DNA of 64,000 nucleotides from an uncultured Verrucomicrobiae bacterium (GTDB lineage Bacteria; Chlamydiota; Chlamydiia; Chlamydiales; Rhabdochlamydiaceae): NCBI GenBank assembly GCA_963718565.1, contig OY970364.1, positions 64,001 to 128,000 of the forward strand, read 5' to 3'. Shown piece by piece: positions 62,195 to 64,000 of this stretch (position 1 is its first letter; each line of letters starts with the position of its first letter). The notes under the pieces were generated by a model. It saw only the letters and a program-made list of their open reading frames with translations, ran no database searches and was not told where the DNA came from. The position numbers and the translations under genes were made by a program.

Positions 62195-62935
62195 ATGAAA
62201 AACCATGCTTGCAGCAAGTTGATCTCACTTTTTCTTAACTCCACTTTAAGCCTATGGCTTTTATTGTGTTTTGCATACAGACCAGCACCTCTGTGTTCTC
62301 TGACATTTTCGGCGGATTGGGATACTTACCAAGGAGAAGTGTTAAAAGAAAAACCCAGTTTTCCAGGGTGGTGCCCCGATGATAAAGCCCAACATATCAT
62401 GAATCTTCTGCTTACCAATCACTCTAAAGTCTGTGTAGAATTGGGAGTGTTTGGAGGAAGTTCTTTCTTCCCTACGGCTGCCGCACTAGCCTATAAAAAA
62501 CAAGGCATTGTCTACGCAATCGACCCATGGAATAACGAGGCTTGTTTGGAAGGATACGAAGAAAAGAATGACGATCATTACAAATACTGGAGTACTGTTA
62601 ATCTAAGCAAGATCATGAACATGTTTGTTGAAGGCATGCACAAAAATGGCTTAGATGCCACTTATTGCATTATGCGCATGTCTTCCGCACAAGCTTATCT
62701 TCATTTTGATGATCAGTCTATCGACTTTATCCACATTGATGGAAATCATTCGGAGCAATCGGCCGTTTTCGATGTAGAACATTGGCTTCCCAAAGTCAAA
62801 AAGGGAGGAATCATTTGTTTTGATGATGCTTGGTGGAAATCGACACAGCCGGCAATCAAAATCATGTTAAAGGAATGTGATATGATGGAAGAATCGAGTC
62901 CGAAATGGCAGTACATTTTCTTGCGCAAACGATAA
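62195..62935 (+). CDS. Class I SAM methyltransferase (Methyltransf_24-like) with an N-terminal hydrophobic leader
   Basis: Motifs VELGVFGGSS, AIDPW, IHIDGNH and GGII.FDD. Confidence 0.82.
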   Translation: MKNHACSKLISLFLNSTLSLWLLLCFAYRPAPLCSLTFSADWDTYQGEVLKEKPSFPGWCPDDKAQHIMNLLLTNHSKVCVELGVFGGSSFFPTAAALAYKKQGIVYAIDPWNNEACLEGYEEKNDDHYKYWSTVNLSKIMNMFVEGMHKNGLDATYCIMRMSSAQAYLHFDDQSIDFIHIDGNHSEQSAVFDVEHWLPKVKKGGIICFDDAWWKSTQPAIKIMLKECDMMEESSPKWQYIFLRKR

Positions 62936-63106
62936 GATTTTTGCGAAAAAGTATGGACGCAAAGTCGCCAAGATGTCACTTGTGTTCAATTCAGACTTTT
63001 CTCTTATGGGAATGAAATTTTAATTTGCTTAAATTTTTGTTTTGTTGGTAAGAAAATCACTCACTCAACTTGATCAGGCGCGGCATAACTCCAATAGGAA
63101 AATGAG

Positions 63107-63508
63107 ATGATTTCATTGACGCGTCTATTATTGCTTGCTCAAGTGCAATTTTTTGCAATATCGCTTTCTTACGCAGAAGAACCGGAAGAGAACGTTGTTT
63201 ATCCTTATCCTTTTGTATACGATACGGATGATACTGTTGATGAGGATAAAAGCGACCGTGAATCGAAGCCTGAATCCTCGAAAAAAGAATCCAAGAACGC
63301 ATGGCATGGAAAGCTTGGAGCTGCTGAAGTGACCATTGATGTAGAAAATACCGATTTTATATCCCAACATCAAGCGGAAAGGGAAAGGATTCGGAAAAAA
63401 AATGCACCGGAAAAGGAAAAGAAATCTTCTTCTAAGAAGGACGATGATGACGAAGAAAAGGACCACTCACCCCACGTGAAATTTTCAATAAAATGGGGAG
63501 ATCATTGA
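63107..63508 (+). CDS. Hypothetical exported, highly charged protein
   Basis: Signal peptide (…SLSYA-EE) followed by low-complexity acidic/basic sequence. Confidence 0.6.
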   Translation: MISLTRLLLLAQVQFFAISLSYAEEPEENVVYPYPFVYDTDDTVDEDKSDRESKPESSKKESKNAWHGKLGAAEVTIDVENTDFISQHQAERERIRKKNAPEKEKKSSSKKDDDDEEKDHSPHVKFSIKWGDH

Positions 63509-63513
63509 AGAAA

Positions 63514-64000
63514 ATGGTCTCTTACAAAGAGTTAATCGGCTTCCTTTGGCAGCACGTGCGAGAGCAGAAACGACGATTTTGTATCGTTTTAGTTCAAGAT
63601 GTGTTGAATTGCCTCGACCTGCTTGTATGGCCGTTTCTGCTCAGATCTCCCCAATATTTTAACGAACGGTTTGCAGGAAACCTTGCGAATAAGATTACGG
63701 ATATGACGACAGCAGTTGAAACCATCCTGCAACTGCTTTGGTGGCCCCTGATTCCAGCGGTTGCCCTCTCAATTTTCGGGGCGGTCTTCCTTGGATTTGT
63801 CAGTCCATTTTTGGCTGTGATTTTAATTGTATGGATGGGGATTCACTTGGGAGTCTCTTTATTCTTTAGCAGATCCTGCGACGTTTACGAGCACCGGCAT
63901 GGAGAATCTCGTAGCACTTTGCTTGGAAAAATTGTCGACAGTTTAACCAATAACTTTGCAGTCAATTTGTTTTATCGTTTCAAGTATGAAAGAACCTCCT
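63514..64000 (+). CDS. ABC exporter transmembrane domain (3' partial, possible internal deletion)
   Basis: Frame from ATG 63514 is open to the window end: YF.ERFAG.LANKI.D and G.IVDSLTN…V..F. Confidence 0.72.
   Translation, partial: MVSYKELIGFLWQHVREQKRRFCIVLVQDVLNCLDLLVWPFLLRSPQYFNERFAGNLANKITDMTTAVETILQLLWWPLIPAVALSIFGAVFLGFVSPFLAVILIVWMGIHLGVSLFFSRSCDVYEHRHGESRSTLLGKIVDSLTNNFAVNLFYRFKYERTS

Overview
This window is bacterial chromosome, most likely from an environmental member of the phylum Chlamydiae. That is an inference from the gene orders rpsA-nusA-infB-rbfA-truB-ribF-(MFS)-ychF and rpe-efp-accB-accC and from chlamydia-like hypothetical proteins. Bases 1-21.4 kb are mostly core translation and fatty-acid genes. 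Bases 21.5-64 kb mix housekeeping islets (rfbA, surE, putP, ttcA, three tRNAs, prfC) with a heavily IS-invaded accessory region: two apparently identical ISAs1 copies with 10-bp TSDs, an IS630 split by ISAs1, IS3, IS256, an IS607 (tnpA/tnpB), at least four families of palindromic MITE-like repeats and several pseudogenes. Highlights: (1) a putative effector with two tandem RasGAP-like domains, one keeping an arginine-finger-like motif; (2) an IS607 TnpB with the rearranged, Fanzor-type RuvC catalytic site; (3) a 743-bp non-coding fold-back element with ~315-bp arms, ISAs1-like CAGGG ends and a perfect 10-bp TSD; (4) an ISAs1-split repeat protein with a TraB/GumN (TIKI-like) domain; (5) a GlgB with a ~250-aa effector-like N-terminal extension. 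No CRISPR array or rRNA gene was seen. All family assignments come from motif recognition by eye; no database searches were run.
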